Shown one piece after another: positions 19,803-29,792 of a stretch of 64,000 bases of DNA. The notes beneath the pieces were generated by a model. It saw only the letters and a program-made list of their open reading frames with translations. It made no database searches and was not told the origin of the DNA. Both the position numbers and the translations under genes were made by a program. Each line of letters starts with the position of its first letter. Positions within the stretch are counted from its first letter, which is position 1. Source of the stretch: Candidatus Levyibacteriota bacterium (GTDB lineage Bacteria > Patescibacteriota > Microgenomatia > Levybacterales > UBA12049); NCBI GenBank assembly GCA_038254115.1, contig JBBSGK010000001.1, positions 67,778-131,777 on the forward strand. The letters are read 5' to 3'.

Positions 19803-22101
19803 TTATGCTTATATTCTTAGGAAGCATCGGGAAAAGACTGGATAGAAACAAAATATTTGGAGAGAACTTTATTTCAGATTCGGCAATTTGGGGAAGGCTA
19901 TTCAAAATCTCTTTTGCATTTTTTGGAGATTTATTTTTCAATTTGCTAACTACTTCATTGTTGTCAATTTTTGGAAGAAGGCCAGTAGTGATTTTAAGCT
20001 TTGCAGAAATCTCATTGTCATTTTTTATTTTTGAGTCTTTAACTTCATTTTTCAAACTCTTGTCAGCAAAGCTTATGTCTTGTGAATAATGATCTTTTAA
20101 AACAGATTTATCATAGTTTTCCAAATCATCATTTTGATAACTCATCCCATCAAAACTCACCGTTGCCACTAATTTAACTTCCTTTGCTTCATCATCCACT
20201 CCCTTGTCAAATTTTGTTTTTCCTAATGTGATTTTTGAGAAACCCGGAAGAAGAGTCTCACTGGGCCCGATTTTTTTTGAAAGCTCATCCGCTGCTTTTT
20301 TTTCAAGACTTTTGGGTAAGTCCGATTTTAATTTTGCAAGATCAGCTGCACTTACAACTGTTATATTCTTTTTACTTCCTCCCGAAAAAGCGCTGTCATT
20401 TTTTCCGGCAAGACTGCTGTTGCTGCCGATCGCAAATTTTGCATTTGATGGAAGATTTGATTCAGTACCCAAATCTTTTGCAGTTACACCTACCTGAGCA
20501 GTTCCCGGTTTGGTTCCTGAAAAAATATCACCCGATGCTGACGCGATGTTTATATCCTTATCAGTTGTAAAAATTATTCCGTTACTTGATTTAAGACTTG
20601 TCCCGCTGCTAAGTTGGACAGGGTTTTCAGAATTATTATAAATGGTTACACTGCCTTTAGCTTTATTTCCTGCGTCTTTCTTACCGGTTGCAGGAGTGGA
20701 TAATTCGCCGTCAATATCCGTTGAAATACTGTGCGCGGCAATGATATTTTTGGAAAAATCATTCGCGCCTGTTGTTGAAAAAGTGACATTGGAGTCTTGT
20801 GTAACAATTTTGGGTTTAACAGTTAGGATTATTTGAGCTTTTACGCTATAAAAATAAAATAGGGATAAAGCGACAACAAATATTAAAATAGCGCCAATAA
20901 TTATAAGAGGAAGTTTCAAGCTTTTATTTTTGGCAAAAAAATTAGAAACGCTTTTTATCCTTGGAAATGAAAATTGGGGCACCATAGCTAATGCACCCGC
21001 GAACGTGCTATTCTTTTCTCTTTTGGATTTTGGGGTATTATCGTTTTCATAAGTATTTATTTCAGCGTTTGTGCCATTTAAGTTTACATTAGATTCTTCA
21101 CCGGAAATAGTTTCATTTTTTTGTACTTCAATTTTCGGCGATTGATCAATAGCTTCATCTGCTGCAATTTCCACCACACTTTCTTTGACCGACTGTTTGG
21201 CAATATCCTGATCTTGAACAAAACCAAAATTGCCGGGCTCCGCAGGAGATGGGGTAGTAGGCTCGATATATTTTTCCTCTTGGATTTGATCATTTTTATC
21301 CAGTAAATTTTCGTCAGATTGTACTTTTTCCAGCAATCCGAGTATCTCAAATCCCATTTGTTGGCCGGCTCCATATGTTACCGCTCGGGTATCATAGTCT
21401 TTGGGTAAAACGCTTACAAGCGGCGGGTGTAGAAAAGGTAAGCTTTTACTCCATTCGTGATTTATGAAATGATGAGACAATTCCTTGGCATCTTTTGTGT
21501 GGAAAAGCAGAATTTTAGTTGGTAGCACTGCAGCGGTAAAATTTTTGAGCAGTGAATCAACTGTCGCAGGAATAGAGTGCGCAATTAAGCCTGAAATCGA
21601 TTCACTTACTTTTCCCCCCCTGAAAAGGGTGAGGTGAGCTGTTTTTTTGCCTACATCAATCAAAATAGCCGATAGAGGAGATCCTTCCTCATGCGCCAAT
21701 AAATTTGCAATAGCTTCATTTATTACTATAAAGCCAATTGGATTTAGATCAAGCTCATCACATACTTTTTTGAGTTTTATAAGGTATTCTTTTTTTATTT
21801 TTTTAGATTCAGTATCTACCCAATTTTCTTTTACACCAAAAATTGTTTTGTGAGTTTCTATATTTGGAGGTAAAACTTCCTCCGCTTTTGAGATAGTTTT
21901 GTCGATGAGCGTTATTAGTTCATCTTGCGGGATGGTTTCCAGAGTTAATTCGAAGTGCTCAGTATGTTTACCGACAATTTTTAGTTTCCCCTCCTCTTCT
22001 TCCAGAATTACACTGCTTGTTTTTTCATAATCCAAAATAAGCGCCAGGTAATACCCTTTGTCTTTACCCTTTTTATTTAAAAATGGAATAGGCAGCTTCA
22101 T
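19783..22101 (-). CDS. Actin-fold (FtsA/PilM-like) N-domain fused to a single TM segment and an S/G/T/N/K-rich extracellular region
   Basis: LALILDYEKTSSV and ILIDVGKKTAHLTLF resemble the two phosphate-binding motifs of FtsA/PilM. A TM segment is at LPLIIIGAILIFVVALSLFYF. The gene overlaps the sortase start by 20 nt. Confidence 0.5.
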   Translation of the reverse strand: MKLPIPFLNKKGKDKGYYLALILDYEKTSSVILEEEEGKLKIVGKHTEHFELTLETIPQDELITLIDKTISKAEEVLPPNIETHKTIFGVKENWVDTESKKIKKEYLIKLKKVCDELDLNPIGFIVINEAIANLLAHEEGSPLSAILIDVGKKTAHLTLFRGGKVSESISGLIAHSIPATVDSLLKNFTAAVLPTKILLFHTKDAKELSHHFINHEWSKSLPFLHPPLVSVLPKDYDTRAVTYGAGQQMGFEILGLLEKVQSDENLLDKNDQIQEEKYIEPTTPSPAEPGNFGFVQDQDIAKQSVKESVVEIAADEAIDQSPKIEVQKNETISGEESNVNLNGTNAEINTYENDNTPKSKREKNSTFAGALAMVPQFSFPRIKSVSNFFAKNKSLKLPLIIIGAILIFVVALSLFYFYSVKAQIILTVKPKIVTQDSNVTFSTTGANDFSKNIIAAHSISTDIDGELSTPATGKKDAGNKAKGSVTIYNNSENPVQLSSGTSLKSSNGIIFTTDKDINIASASGDIFSGTKPGTAQVGVTAKDLGTESNLPSNAKFAIGSNSSLAGKNDSAFSGGSKKNITVVSAADLAKLKSDLPKSLEKKAADELSKKIGPSETLLPGFSKITLGKTKFDKGVDDEAKEVKLVATVSFDGMSYQNDDLENYDKSVLKDHYSQDISFADKSLKNEVKDSKIKNDNEISAKLKITTGLLPKIDNNEVVSKLKNKSPKNAKEILNSLPQIAESEIKFSPNILFLSSLFPMLPKNISIIVKPNE

Positions 22102-22118
22102 ACAAATTTATATTTCAA

Positions 22119-24002
22119 TCAAAATTGACCAACAGTTGCATAAATTCTCCGTTGTTTGTTACCGATATTTTCCTGCCTTATAATCTTAAACGATTTTAAC
22201 TTTGATGTAAAATCAACATGAGGTCCTCCACAGAACTCAATTGAATATACTTCTCTCAGATTCTTGGAATCGCCTCCGATAAAATAAATTTTGGATGTAT
22301 CTTGATAAGTATCTGTAAATAATCCGATTGCCCCCATTTTTCCGGCCGTTTCTGTCGGAATCATTTCAAAATGAACCGGTAAATTCTCCTTTATCTTTTT
22401 TATCACTGTTTGTTCCAACTGCTTTATCTCATCATCCGTCAACTTACGGTCAAAGTTAAAATCAAATCTTACCCGCTCGGTTGTGATATTGGATCCTGTC
22501 TGGTGAAGTTGTTTTCCAAACATATCACGAAGCGCCTGATGCACAAGATGAGTTGCGGTGTGTCCCATGATTGTCCGTTCCTGATGGTCTGCAAGCCCGC
22601 CTTTAAATTTTTGTCCTGCCCCCGCTTTTGATAAATCTTTATGACCTTTCATCTTTTCAGCAAATGCTTTTTCATCAAAAGTGTATCCTAGGCTTTTAAT
22701 TTGTGTAGGAGATAGTCCATGAGTTGTATAAATAATAAACGTATCTTCTGCTGAAATTTCAATTGATCCCATTAGTTCGTCTTCAGTTTGTTTGGACGGT
22801 GGATATTTTTTAATCAAAAATAACTGGGCCCTCGTCAAGCTTTGCTGATATTTATTTGTTTCCTCAAGAATTGTATTCTTAATATTTTCAAAATTTGTTA
22901 CTAGGTCAGGATCTGTTTCTTTATATTGGTCAACTATTATTTCAATAATTTGATCTAGACCATGCCTGCCGGCAGGCAGGTTTTTTCCCTCCAATTTATT
23001 AATACTGTCAATAGATCTTCTTATCAACCGCCTTAAAATATACCCTTGTTCGGTGTTTGAGGGATTTACGCCTGCGTTAACTATAAATACGCTTGATGAG
23101 AGATGCGCAGTGATCATGCGCATTTCGCGAATATTTTCCTGATATTTTTTGCCTGATAGTTTTTCAACAGATTGAATAACAGGTTTGAATAAGGAAGTTA
23201 AAAAAACATCGGATTGATTTTCAGCCGCCATTAACAACCGCTCAACACCTGCTCCATGATCGACATTCCTTTGGGGAAGCTTGGCAAAACTGCCATCGTT
23301 TTGTTTTATAAATTCCATAAAAACATTATTACTGATTTCGAGATAACGTCCGCAGTCACAATTGATATGGCATTTATAATTTCTATATTGAGAATTTTCG
23401 TGAAGTTTTAATTCCGCTCCGAAGTCATAAAAAATTTCACTATCAGGTCCACCCAATTCACCTGAGGGCATGTTTTCCGGTACTCCCGCTCTTGACCACC
23501 AGTTTTTTTCGGGACCATAGGGAAATATTTTGCTTTTCGGATCCAACCCAATTCCGTTAAATATTTCAGTCCAGATTGAAATTGCTTCCTGATCTTTTGG
23601 AAATTCTTTATACTCATCAAAAACACTAACATAAATTTTCTTCGGATCAATTCCCAAATCTTTTGTGATATATTCAAAAATCCAGTTAAGCTGTTCTTTT
23701 TTGAAATAGTCACCCAGTGACCAATTGCCAATCATTCTAAAAAAAGTAAGGTGCCTGTTGTCGCCGACTTCATCAATGTCATCAAGCGCTCCTTGACCCC
23801 GAAAAACATTCTGGACATTAACAAATCTTTTCCCCTGCGGATGCGGCTCCCCAGCAAGATATGGAATGAGTGGCTGCATGCCGGAGTTGGTAAAAAGTGT
23901 TGTCGGGTCGTTAAGTGGCACAAGAGGAGAGTTGGGGATTTTTTTATGCCCCCTTTTTTCAAAAAATTTTATATATTTATCAATAATATCAAACGCCGTC
24001 AT
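22119..24002 (-). CDS. alaS: Alanyl-tRNA synthetase, short form ending after the editing domain (no C-Ala domain)
   Basis: LFTNSGMQP, FFRMIGNWSLGDYFK, and editing motifs HTATHLVH / CGGPHV. Length 627 aa. Confidence 0.9.
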   Translation of the reverse strand: MTAFDIIDKYIKFFEKRGHKKIPNSPLVPLNDPTTLFTNSGMQPLIPYLAGEPHPQGKRFVNVQNVFRGQGALDDIDEVGDNRHLTFFRMIGNWSLGDYFKKEQLNWIFEYITKDLGIDPKKIYVSVFDEYKEFPKDQEAISIWTEIFNGIGLDPKSKIFPYGPEKNWWSRAGVPENMPSGELGGPDSEIFYDFGAELKLHENSQYRNYKCHINCDCGRYLEISNNVFMEFIKQNDGSFAKLPQRNVDHGAGVERLLMAAENQSDVFLTSLFKPVIQSVEKLSGKKYQENIREMRMITAHLSSSVFIVNAGVNPSNTEQGYILRRLIRRSIDSINKLEGKNLPAGRHGLDQIIEIIVDQYKETDPDLVTNFENIKNTILEETNKYQQSLTRAQLFLIKKYPPSKQTEDELMGSIEISAEDTFIIYTTHGLSPTQIKSLGYTFDEKAFAEKMKGHKDLSKAGAGQKFKGGLADHQERTIMGHTATHLVHQALRDMFGKQLHQTGSNITTERVRFDFNFDRKLTDDEIKQLEQTVIKKIKENLPVHFEMIPTETAGKMGAIGLFTDTYQDTSKIYFIGGDSKNLREVYSIEFCGGPHVDFTSKLKSFKIIRQENIGNKQRRIYATVGQF

Positions 24003-24360
24003 ACTGCATAATTATAGCATGAATTATTGTCCGGGATAAGTTATGGGGTTATGGGGTGCCTATCTACCTTTTGACCTGATTATTACGGTTTCGCTAGCTG
24101 GCCTAGTACGTAAGCGAGCGTTTCTTTCTGTCTGGTCAACTTCTCTAAGATCGTCTTTAAGTCTTTTAAGTCCTGGGCTATTGGGTTTTAATCCCAGCCA
24201 ATCACTTAAATTTCGACCTAATCTTATTCCTGGCATCTCAATAACACGAGAAGCAGGTGGGGTTTGCGAAGACACATTTCTCTCAATAGCCATAAACTTA
24301 TATTATCATAGAATTTCGATAAATCAAGTTTCAAGTTAGTTTTTATGGTATTATGTAGTC

Positions 24361-25869
24361 ATGAATATTCTATTTGTTTCGGCTGAAGTTGCCCCTTTTG
24401 TATCTGTGGGAGGATTGTCCCAAGTTATGCGTTTTTTGCCTCAATCCCTCATAAAGTTGGGTCATGATGTCCGTGTATTTACTCCAAAATACGGGACGAT
24501 GGATGAGACGCTTCCTAAAAAAAAGTGGGAGCTTTCAACGGAATTTAGCCAATTAGTTCTGCCTGTTGAAGACACACCTGATACAGGAAAGACTTTGATT
24601 TGCAATGTAAAATCATACAAAGATAAGAAGGAAAAAATTACCGCTTATTTTCTTGAGAACCGAGAATATTATGAACTCCGTGCCAATGTTTACGGTTATA
24701 AAGATGATCACATCCGATTTGCGCTTTTATCAAAAGGAGCGCTTGAATGGCTATATCAGACCCGGGAAAAAACTGATTGGTGGCCTGATATCATCCATTG
24801 TAATGATTGGCATACTGGATATCTAGTTGATTTTGCAAGAAGGAGTTCAAGATATGCACATGTTTTTAATAAAACATCTTTTGTTTTTACTGTCCATAAT
24901 TTTTCATTGCAGGGAAACTACGATTTCCGCTACGGTGTAAAGGAAGACTATGATAATGGAGAATCAAAACTGGCTCCTATACTTTCACCAAAACTTCAGG
25001 CCCAAAATCCGCTGAAACGGGGACTTCTTTATTCAGATGCCATTAACACAGTAAGCCAGACTCACGCGGTTGAGGTGATGACCCCGGAATACGCTGCGGG
25101 CTTGAGCGATGAACTTCAAGTTGTCCGTGGCAAGCTTACAGGGATACTCAATGGACTTGATACAAATAAATTTAATCCCAAAACAGATAAGTTAATAAAA
25201 AAACAATATGATGTCAGCTCAGGTATTCGCGCGCGGAAAGACAATAAAAAAGAATTACAAAAGTTGTTTGATTTACCTGTTGATACAAAAAGTCCTCTTC
25301 TATCTTTCAGCGGCCGGTTGGTTGAGCAGAAAGGAATAGATCTAATTATTAAAGTACTGCCGCATCTTTTCCAGGAAAGACCTGATGTGCAGCTGGTTGT
25401 CCTTGGCAGCGGTACGGAGAGGTATAGACTTGAATTAACTGTCCTCCAGAAAAAATTTCCGATGCAGGTTGGTCTTCATCTCCGTCCTGATTTTACGATG
25501 CCCCGGAAAATATTTGCAGGCTCCGATATGATGCTAATTCCAAGTATATTTGAACCGGGTGGAATTATAGCTCTTGAGGCAATGAGATATGGATGTGTTC
25601 CGATAGTCCGCCGGACGGGTGGACTCAATGATATTGTCGATGATTTTAATCCCAACACAAATTTGGGAAATGGATTTTCATTTAAAAGTGTTGATTCATG
25701 GGCGCTTTATGGTGCGATAATTGAGTCACTCACTATATATAATGCCCCGTCTTTATGGAAGGAGCTGGTCAAAAATTGCATGCTGTCTGATTTTTCCTGG
25801 AATCATGCAGCAAAAGAATATGATGCGTGGTACAAAACAGTAATTGAAGACAAAAATTCACATGAATAA
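24361..25869 (+). CDS. glgA: Glycogen/starch synthase (GT5)
   Basis: MNILFVSAEVAPFVSVGGLSQV matches the GlgA N-terminus. Confidence 0.9.
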   Translation: MNILFVSAEVAPFVSVGGLSQVMRFLPQSLIKLGHDVRVFTPKYGTMDETLPKKKWELSTEFSQLVLPVEDTPDTGKTLICNVKSYKDKKEKITAYFLENREYYELRANVYGYKDDHIRFALLSKGALEWLYQTREKTDWWPDIIHCNDWHTGYLVDFARRSSRYAHVFNKTSFVFTVHNFSLQGNYDFRYGVKEDYDNGESKLAPILSPKLQAQNPLKRGLLYSDAINTVSQTHAVEVMTPEYAAGLSDELQVVRGKLTGILNGLDTNKFNPKTDKLIKKQYDVSSGIRARKDNKKELQKLFDLPVDTKSPLLSFSGRLVEQKGIDLIIKVLPHLFQERPDVQLVVLGSGTERYRLELTVLQKKFPMQVGLHLRPDFTMPRKIFAGSDMMLIPSIFEPGGIIALEAMRYGCVPIVRRTGGLNDIVDDFNPNTNLGNGFSFKSVDSWALYGAIIESLTIYNAPSLWKELVKNCMLSDFSWNHAAKEYDAWYKTVIEDKNSHE

Positions 25870-27538
25870 TTACTTATCTTGGTTTGAAGAATTCCGAAAG
25901 AGCGAGCATTTTAGTTTTTTACAAAAAAAGCCAATTGCTTACTTTTCGGTAGAGTATGCCCTATCTGACGTACTGCCCACTTATGCCGGAGGACTTGGAG
26001 TTTTGGCTGGAGATTATGTCCGGGAACTCGGTGATCAGAAGATACCGGCTGTTGCAATCGGACTTTTCTACCAAAATAAATATGGAGTACTCGATGTTCC
26101 CCATGCAAAGACGAATTCTGTTCCACTTAGTCCCGAGGAACAGGGGCTGCAGCCAGTAATGGATGAAGATAAAAAGCCTATCCTTGTTGCTGTTCCTATC
26201 CAGGACCGGGAAGTTTTTGTAAAAGCCTGGGTGTGGCAAAAAGATAGCATTCCTGTCTACCTACTGGACACAGATGTTGAAGAAAATTCCCACGTTGATA
26301 GGCAAATTGTGTATCAGTTGTATGACTCTGATAAAGAAACCAGATTGAAGCAGGAAATTATACTTGGAATTGGGGGATTTAGGTTACTTGAAAAACTTAA
26401 AATAGAGCCGTCAATTTATCATATGAACGAAGGTCACTCAGCTATGCTTTATTTGGAAATTATCCGCCACGAAATGCAGAAACGTAAAATCGGATTTAAA
26501 GATGCTATTTCTCTCTCAACACATCATGTTGTTTTTACAAATCATACATTGGTTGCATCGGGAAATGAAATATTCAGTAATGAATTGTTTACATTTTTAT
26601 TAAACCGGTATGCAGCAGAGCTTGAAGTTCCAATGACAGATCTTCTGGCTCTGGGTACTATCCAGGAGTCAAACAGTTTCTCAATGTCTCTGATGAGTCT
26701 TAAATTGGCTGGAAAAATAAATGCTGTGAGTACTCTTCATGCCAAAGAGGCATCCAAATCCTGGTCTGATTACAAAATTGAGTCAGTTACAAATGGCATT
26801 CATATAGCATCCTGGGATAAAGTAAAAGATAATGATTTGCCACACACCCACCAGGAAAATAAGAAAACTCTACTTGAGTATATAAAAAAAGAAACCGGAC
26901 AAATGTGGGGAGAAGATGAGTTAATGATTGGTTGGGCAAGAAGGATGGTCCGCTATAAAAGACCTCTAAGTTTGTTTGGTGATATTAGCCGCTTAAAAAA
27001 TATTACGATAAAAACACCTGTAAGAATTGTAATGGCAGGTATTGCGCATCAATCGGATGATGACGGTCGGAAAATGGTTGAGGAAATAAAAGAAATCATG
27101 CAAAAAGAGCTTCCGGATACAGCAGTGTTTTTAAATAATTATAGTGTTACTTTGGCACGCTTGCTAAATACAGGATGTGATATTTGGCTTAATACCCCGG
27201 TAATTGGTTCTGAAGCGTGCGGGACAAGCGGGATGAAAGCATCTCTAAATGGAACCCTAACAATGAGTACCAAAGACGGGTGGGTTTACGAAGTAAATAC
27301 ATCTGAAATCGGTTGGGATATAGATAGTGAAAGCGTTGAGAAAAGTATATTGGATGTGCTTGAGCACAATGTTTTGCCTATGTATTACTCTCAAGACAAA
27401 AGTCATATAGAAACACTTATGAAGAATTCCCGCAGTCTAATATTGGAAAAATTCAGTGCAACTAGAATGCTGAAAGAATATTTTGAAAAATTGTATTTGC
27501 CGACACTTACTTCCTCATATCCCCATTATTTTTCCTAA
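25844..27538 (+). CDS. glgP: Alpha-glucan (glycogen/maltodextrin) phosphorylase, short GT35-related family
   Basis: FSVEYALSDVLPTYAGGLGVLAGDYV. It overlaps glgA by 26 nt. Confidence 0.85.
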   Translation: MKTKIHMNNYLSWFEEFRKSEHFSFLQKKPIAYFSVEYALSDVLPTYAGGLGVLAGDYVRELGDQKIPAVAIGLFYQNKYGVLDVPHAKTNSVPLSPEEQGLQPVMDEDKKPILVAVPIQDREVFVKAWVWQKDSIPVYLLDTDVEENSHVDRQIVYQLYDSDKETRLKQEIILGIGGFRLLEKLKIEPSIYHMNEGHSAMLYLEIIRHEMQKRKIGFKDAISLSTHHVVFTNHTLVASGNEIFSNELFTFLLNRYAAELEVPMTDLLALGTIQESNSFSMSLMSLKLAGKINAVSTLHAKEASKSWSDYKIESVTNGIHIASWDKVKDNDLPHTHQENKKTLLEYIKKETGQMWGEDELMIGWARRMVRYKRPLSLFGDISRLKNITIKTPVRIVMAGIAHQSDDDGRKMVEEIKEIMQKELPDTAVFLNNYSVTLARLLNTGCDIWLNTPVIGSEACGTSGMKASLNGTLTMSTKDGWVYEVNTSEIGWDIDSESVEKSILDVLEHNVLPMYYSQDKSHIETLMKNSRSLILEKFSATRMLKEYFEKLYLPTLTSSYPHYFS

Positions 27539-27555
27539 TTATTTATTTTTGCTGG

Positions 27556-27585
27556 TTGACAGGTTAAAGTATTGGAAACTACAAT
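27556..27585 (+). promoter_or_regulatory. Candidate promoter TTGACA-18-TACAAT upstream of corA; an AGGAGG Shine-Dalgarno sits at 27655-27660
   Basis: Sequence match only. Confidence 0.4.
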
Positions 27586-27669
27586 TAAGGCTAGTGGGTA
27601 GCATTAAAACACTTAATATAGTATAATTAGCTTGCATCCCCAGGAAGATTCAATTAGGAGGTAATACTT

Positions 27670-28686
27670 ATGAACATTCCAACAGTTACACACAACGGTC
27701 TTTCTTTTATTAATCTAAATAAACCAACAGAGGCGGACATAAAATTTCTTAATAAAAATTTTGGTTTTAGCATGCTTAATCTTGAGGATTATCTGTACAA
27801 AACTCAAATCCCAAAGTTTGAGACATATAAGGATTATTCTTTACTTGTGCTGGATGTTCCTTTTATCCCGCAAGCAGGTAAGTCAAAAAAAGAAAGATCA
27901 GCAAACAAACCTTTTTTTATTCCAAATGCTATCTCAAATAGAATATCTCTCCCGATTTTTCCAAAAGCAGCAAGGAAAAAACGGATAAGCGTCGGTGAGG
28001 TAGATTTTTTTATTGGGAAAGACTATGTTGTAGTTCTTCACGACGAGAGTACACCGCAAATTGATGAGCTATTTGAGATGTGTAAGATTACATCAAAGCA
28101 CAGGGAAGAGTTGATGGGACGAGGCGCTGTTTATCTTCTATACCGCATTATAGATATTTTGGTTGACGGCGCTTTTTCATATATTGAGGATATTACAACG
28201 ACAATTGATGTGATTGACCGCCAGATTGAGGACAGCAAGTCTGCATCAGTCATTGAAGATATTTCCATGACTCGGCGCAATATTGTTGTTTTTGAAACTA
28301 TGATCAAGCCTGCACTTCCGATATTTGCAGACTTGGAAAAGGGGAGATATAAGGAATTGAATGGTGAGATGATGCCTTACTGGTCAAATATCCTAGACCA
28401 TTTGCAGAAAATTTGGGAGAGACTTGAGGACAATAAAGAGTTGATTCAAGGTATCTCATCAAGTCACGAATCCATTCTTTCAAATAGAAGTAACGAGCTA
28501 GTTAAATTTTTTACAGTACTTACTGCGATGTCCTTCCCATTTGTTATCGTTAACAATTTGTATTCTATGAATGTTAAGGGGCTGCCGTATGCTAATTCTC
28601 CCTGGATTGTTTGGGTGTTATTTTTGGTGATACTTGCCGGGGCAATGGTTGTAGTTGCTTATTTTAAATACCGCGACTGGCTCTAA
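27670..28686 (+). CDS. corA: CorA-family magnesium/cobalt transporter
   Basis: Two C-terminal TM segments with the YSMNVKGLP loop (GMN-motif variant). Confidence 0.85.
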   Translation: MNIPTVTHNGLSFINLNKPTEADIKFLNKNFGFSMLNLEDYLYKTQIPKFETYKDYSLLVLDVPFIPQAGKSKKERSANKPFFIPNAISNRISLPIFPKAARKKRISVGEVDFFIGKDYVVVLHDESTPQIDELFEMCKITSKHREELMGRGAVYLLYRIIDILVDGAFSYIEDITTTIDVIDRQIEDSKSASVIEDISMTRRNIVVFETMIKPALPIFADLEKGRYKELNGEMMPYWSNILDHLQKIWERLEDNKELIQGISSSHESILSNRSNELVKFFTVLTAMSFPFVIVNNLYSMNVKGLPYANSPWIVWVLFLVILAGAMVVVAYFKYRDWL

Positions 28687-29792
28687 ACTCTTACCTTAAG
28701 GCTTTCTCCTTTGAAGATAATTTTTTTAGGTTTTATAATCACTTGTCTTTCTCCAGTTTCTACATAGCCCGCATTCAAGCTTTCAAAACCATTTTTATTA
28801 ACGATTTCTTGAGCTTTCGCTATATCCTTTTCAGGAAGGAAAATTGCGTAGTCCATTCCCATATTATAAGTGTCATACATTTCATAATCGGTTAAGCCTG
28901 CATGTTCCTGAATAAATACAAATATTTCATGTGGCTCAATAATTTTATCAATAAAATATGTATAATCTTGTCTTGCACGCATTAATTTCCTCATCCCATG
29001 TCCGGTTATGTTTGAGACATAATGAATGTCGATATTTTCATCCAATAAACCCTGAATTAATTTTGCATAAATATTTGTTTTTGTTAAAAGTACCTCTCCA
29101 TATGTTTTACCGCTTGGTAATTTTGTACTATAACCTTTTGGTAGTTGTTTGGCAACTGCGCGTGTTAATGAAATTCCGTTGGCATTTACGCCACTGCTTT
29201 TAACCATCAGTATCCTGTCGCCTGATTTTAATTTTTTATCGGTTATTAATCTATCTTTACTTTTAATCATTCCAATCGCCGATCCTCCAAGCTCTGATGT
29301 TCCGGGGACAACAATACCCTTCATCGTTGGAGTTTCTCCACCGCCCCATGAGACTCCGGCGATATCGCACGCATTCTTCCATCCGTTAATAAGATCCGTC
29401 ATCCTTTTTTCATCAGATAGCCACTCATTGTCCTCAATAGCCCAGTAAGCATGAAGAACAAGAGGTGTTGCGCCTACAGTTATTAAATCATTGATAACTG
29501 TTGCGACAGTATCATGACCGATGTTGTCGTAGTAGGTTTTACCTGTAATTTTTCTGGTGTCGTCTGCGATAAGATTTTTAGTACCCAATCCTTCAATAAC
29601 CGATGCCATGAATACATTCCCTTGTTTCCAAACATATGCTGACTCACCACGGGAGTCTGAAACTTCTTCAAAACCATGTTTCTTTAGATTGATACCGGTA
29701 TTTGCTGCAGCAGATTGAGCCAGTACTTTGACTGGGTCTTTTGTGTCATAGTTATCTCCAACTTCTGAATAAGTAATTTTGTTATTTTTCAT
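28683..29792 (-). CDS. purM: Phosphoribosylformylglycinamidine cyclo-ligase (AIR synthetase)
   Basis: GLGTKNLIADD...DTVATVINDLITVGATPL is collinear with E. coli PurM GVGTKLRLA...LVAMCVNDLVVQGAEPL. Confidence 0.8.
   Translation of the reverse strand: MKNNKITYSEVGDNYDTKDPVKVLAQSAAANTGINLKKHGFEEVSDSRGESAYVWKQGNVFMASVIEGLGTKNLIADDTRKITGKTYYDNIGHDTVATVINDLITVGATPLVLHAYWAIEDNEWLSDEKRMTDLINGWKNACDIAGVSWGGGETPTMKGIVVPGTSELGGSAIGMIKSKDRLITDKKLKSGDRILMVKSSGVNANGISLTRAVAKQLPKGYSTKLPSGKTYGEVLLTKTNIYAKLIQGLLDENIDIHYVSNITGHGMRKLMRARQDYTYFIDKIIEPHEIFVFIQEHAGLTDYEMYDTYNMGMDYAIFLPEKDIAKAQEIVNKNGFESLNAGYVETGERQVIIKPKKIIFKGESLKVRV

Noticed and set aside
24128-24143. Minus-strand GAAGUUGACCAGACAG matches the 5' P1/P2 segment of E. 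coli RNase P RNA in 14 of 16 positions
   Set aside because: Only about 125 nt remain before the alaS start codon. There is no GGAAAGUCCGG P4 element or any other RNase P conserved region. The chance expectation in 128 kb of sequence is about 0.03, so it is possible by chance.
24176-24198. T-arm-like hairpin TTGGG-TTTTAAT-CCCAG, considered as a tRNA or tmRNA fragment
   Set aside because: The loop lacks the near-invariant C56 (TTC), and no acceptor, D or anticodon arms could be built around it.
24222-24270. GAAGCAGG segment considered as an SRP RNA domain IV
   Set aside because: No GNRA tetraloop or symmetric AGCAG/CAGG loop pairing could be formed.
24060-24293. 77-aa Arg-rich minus-strand ORF in the alaS-glgA spacer
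   Set aside because: Low-complexity R/S-rich composition, no start context, and it overlaps an equally long + strand ORF. It is more likely non-coding, though retained as a possibility in the findings.
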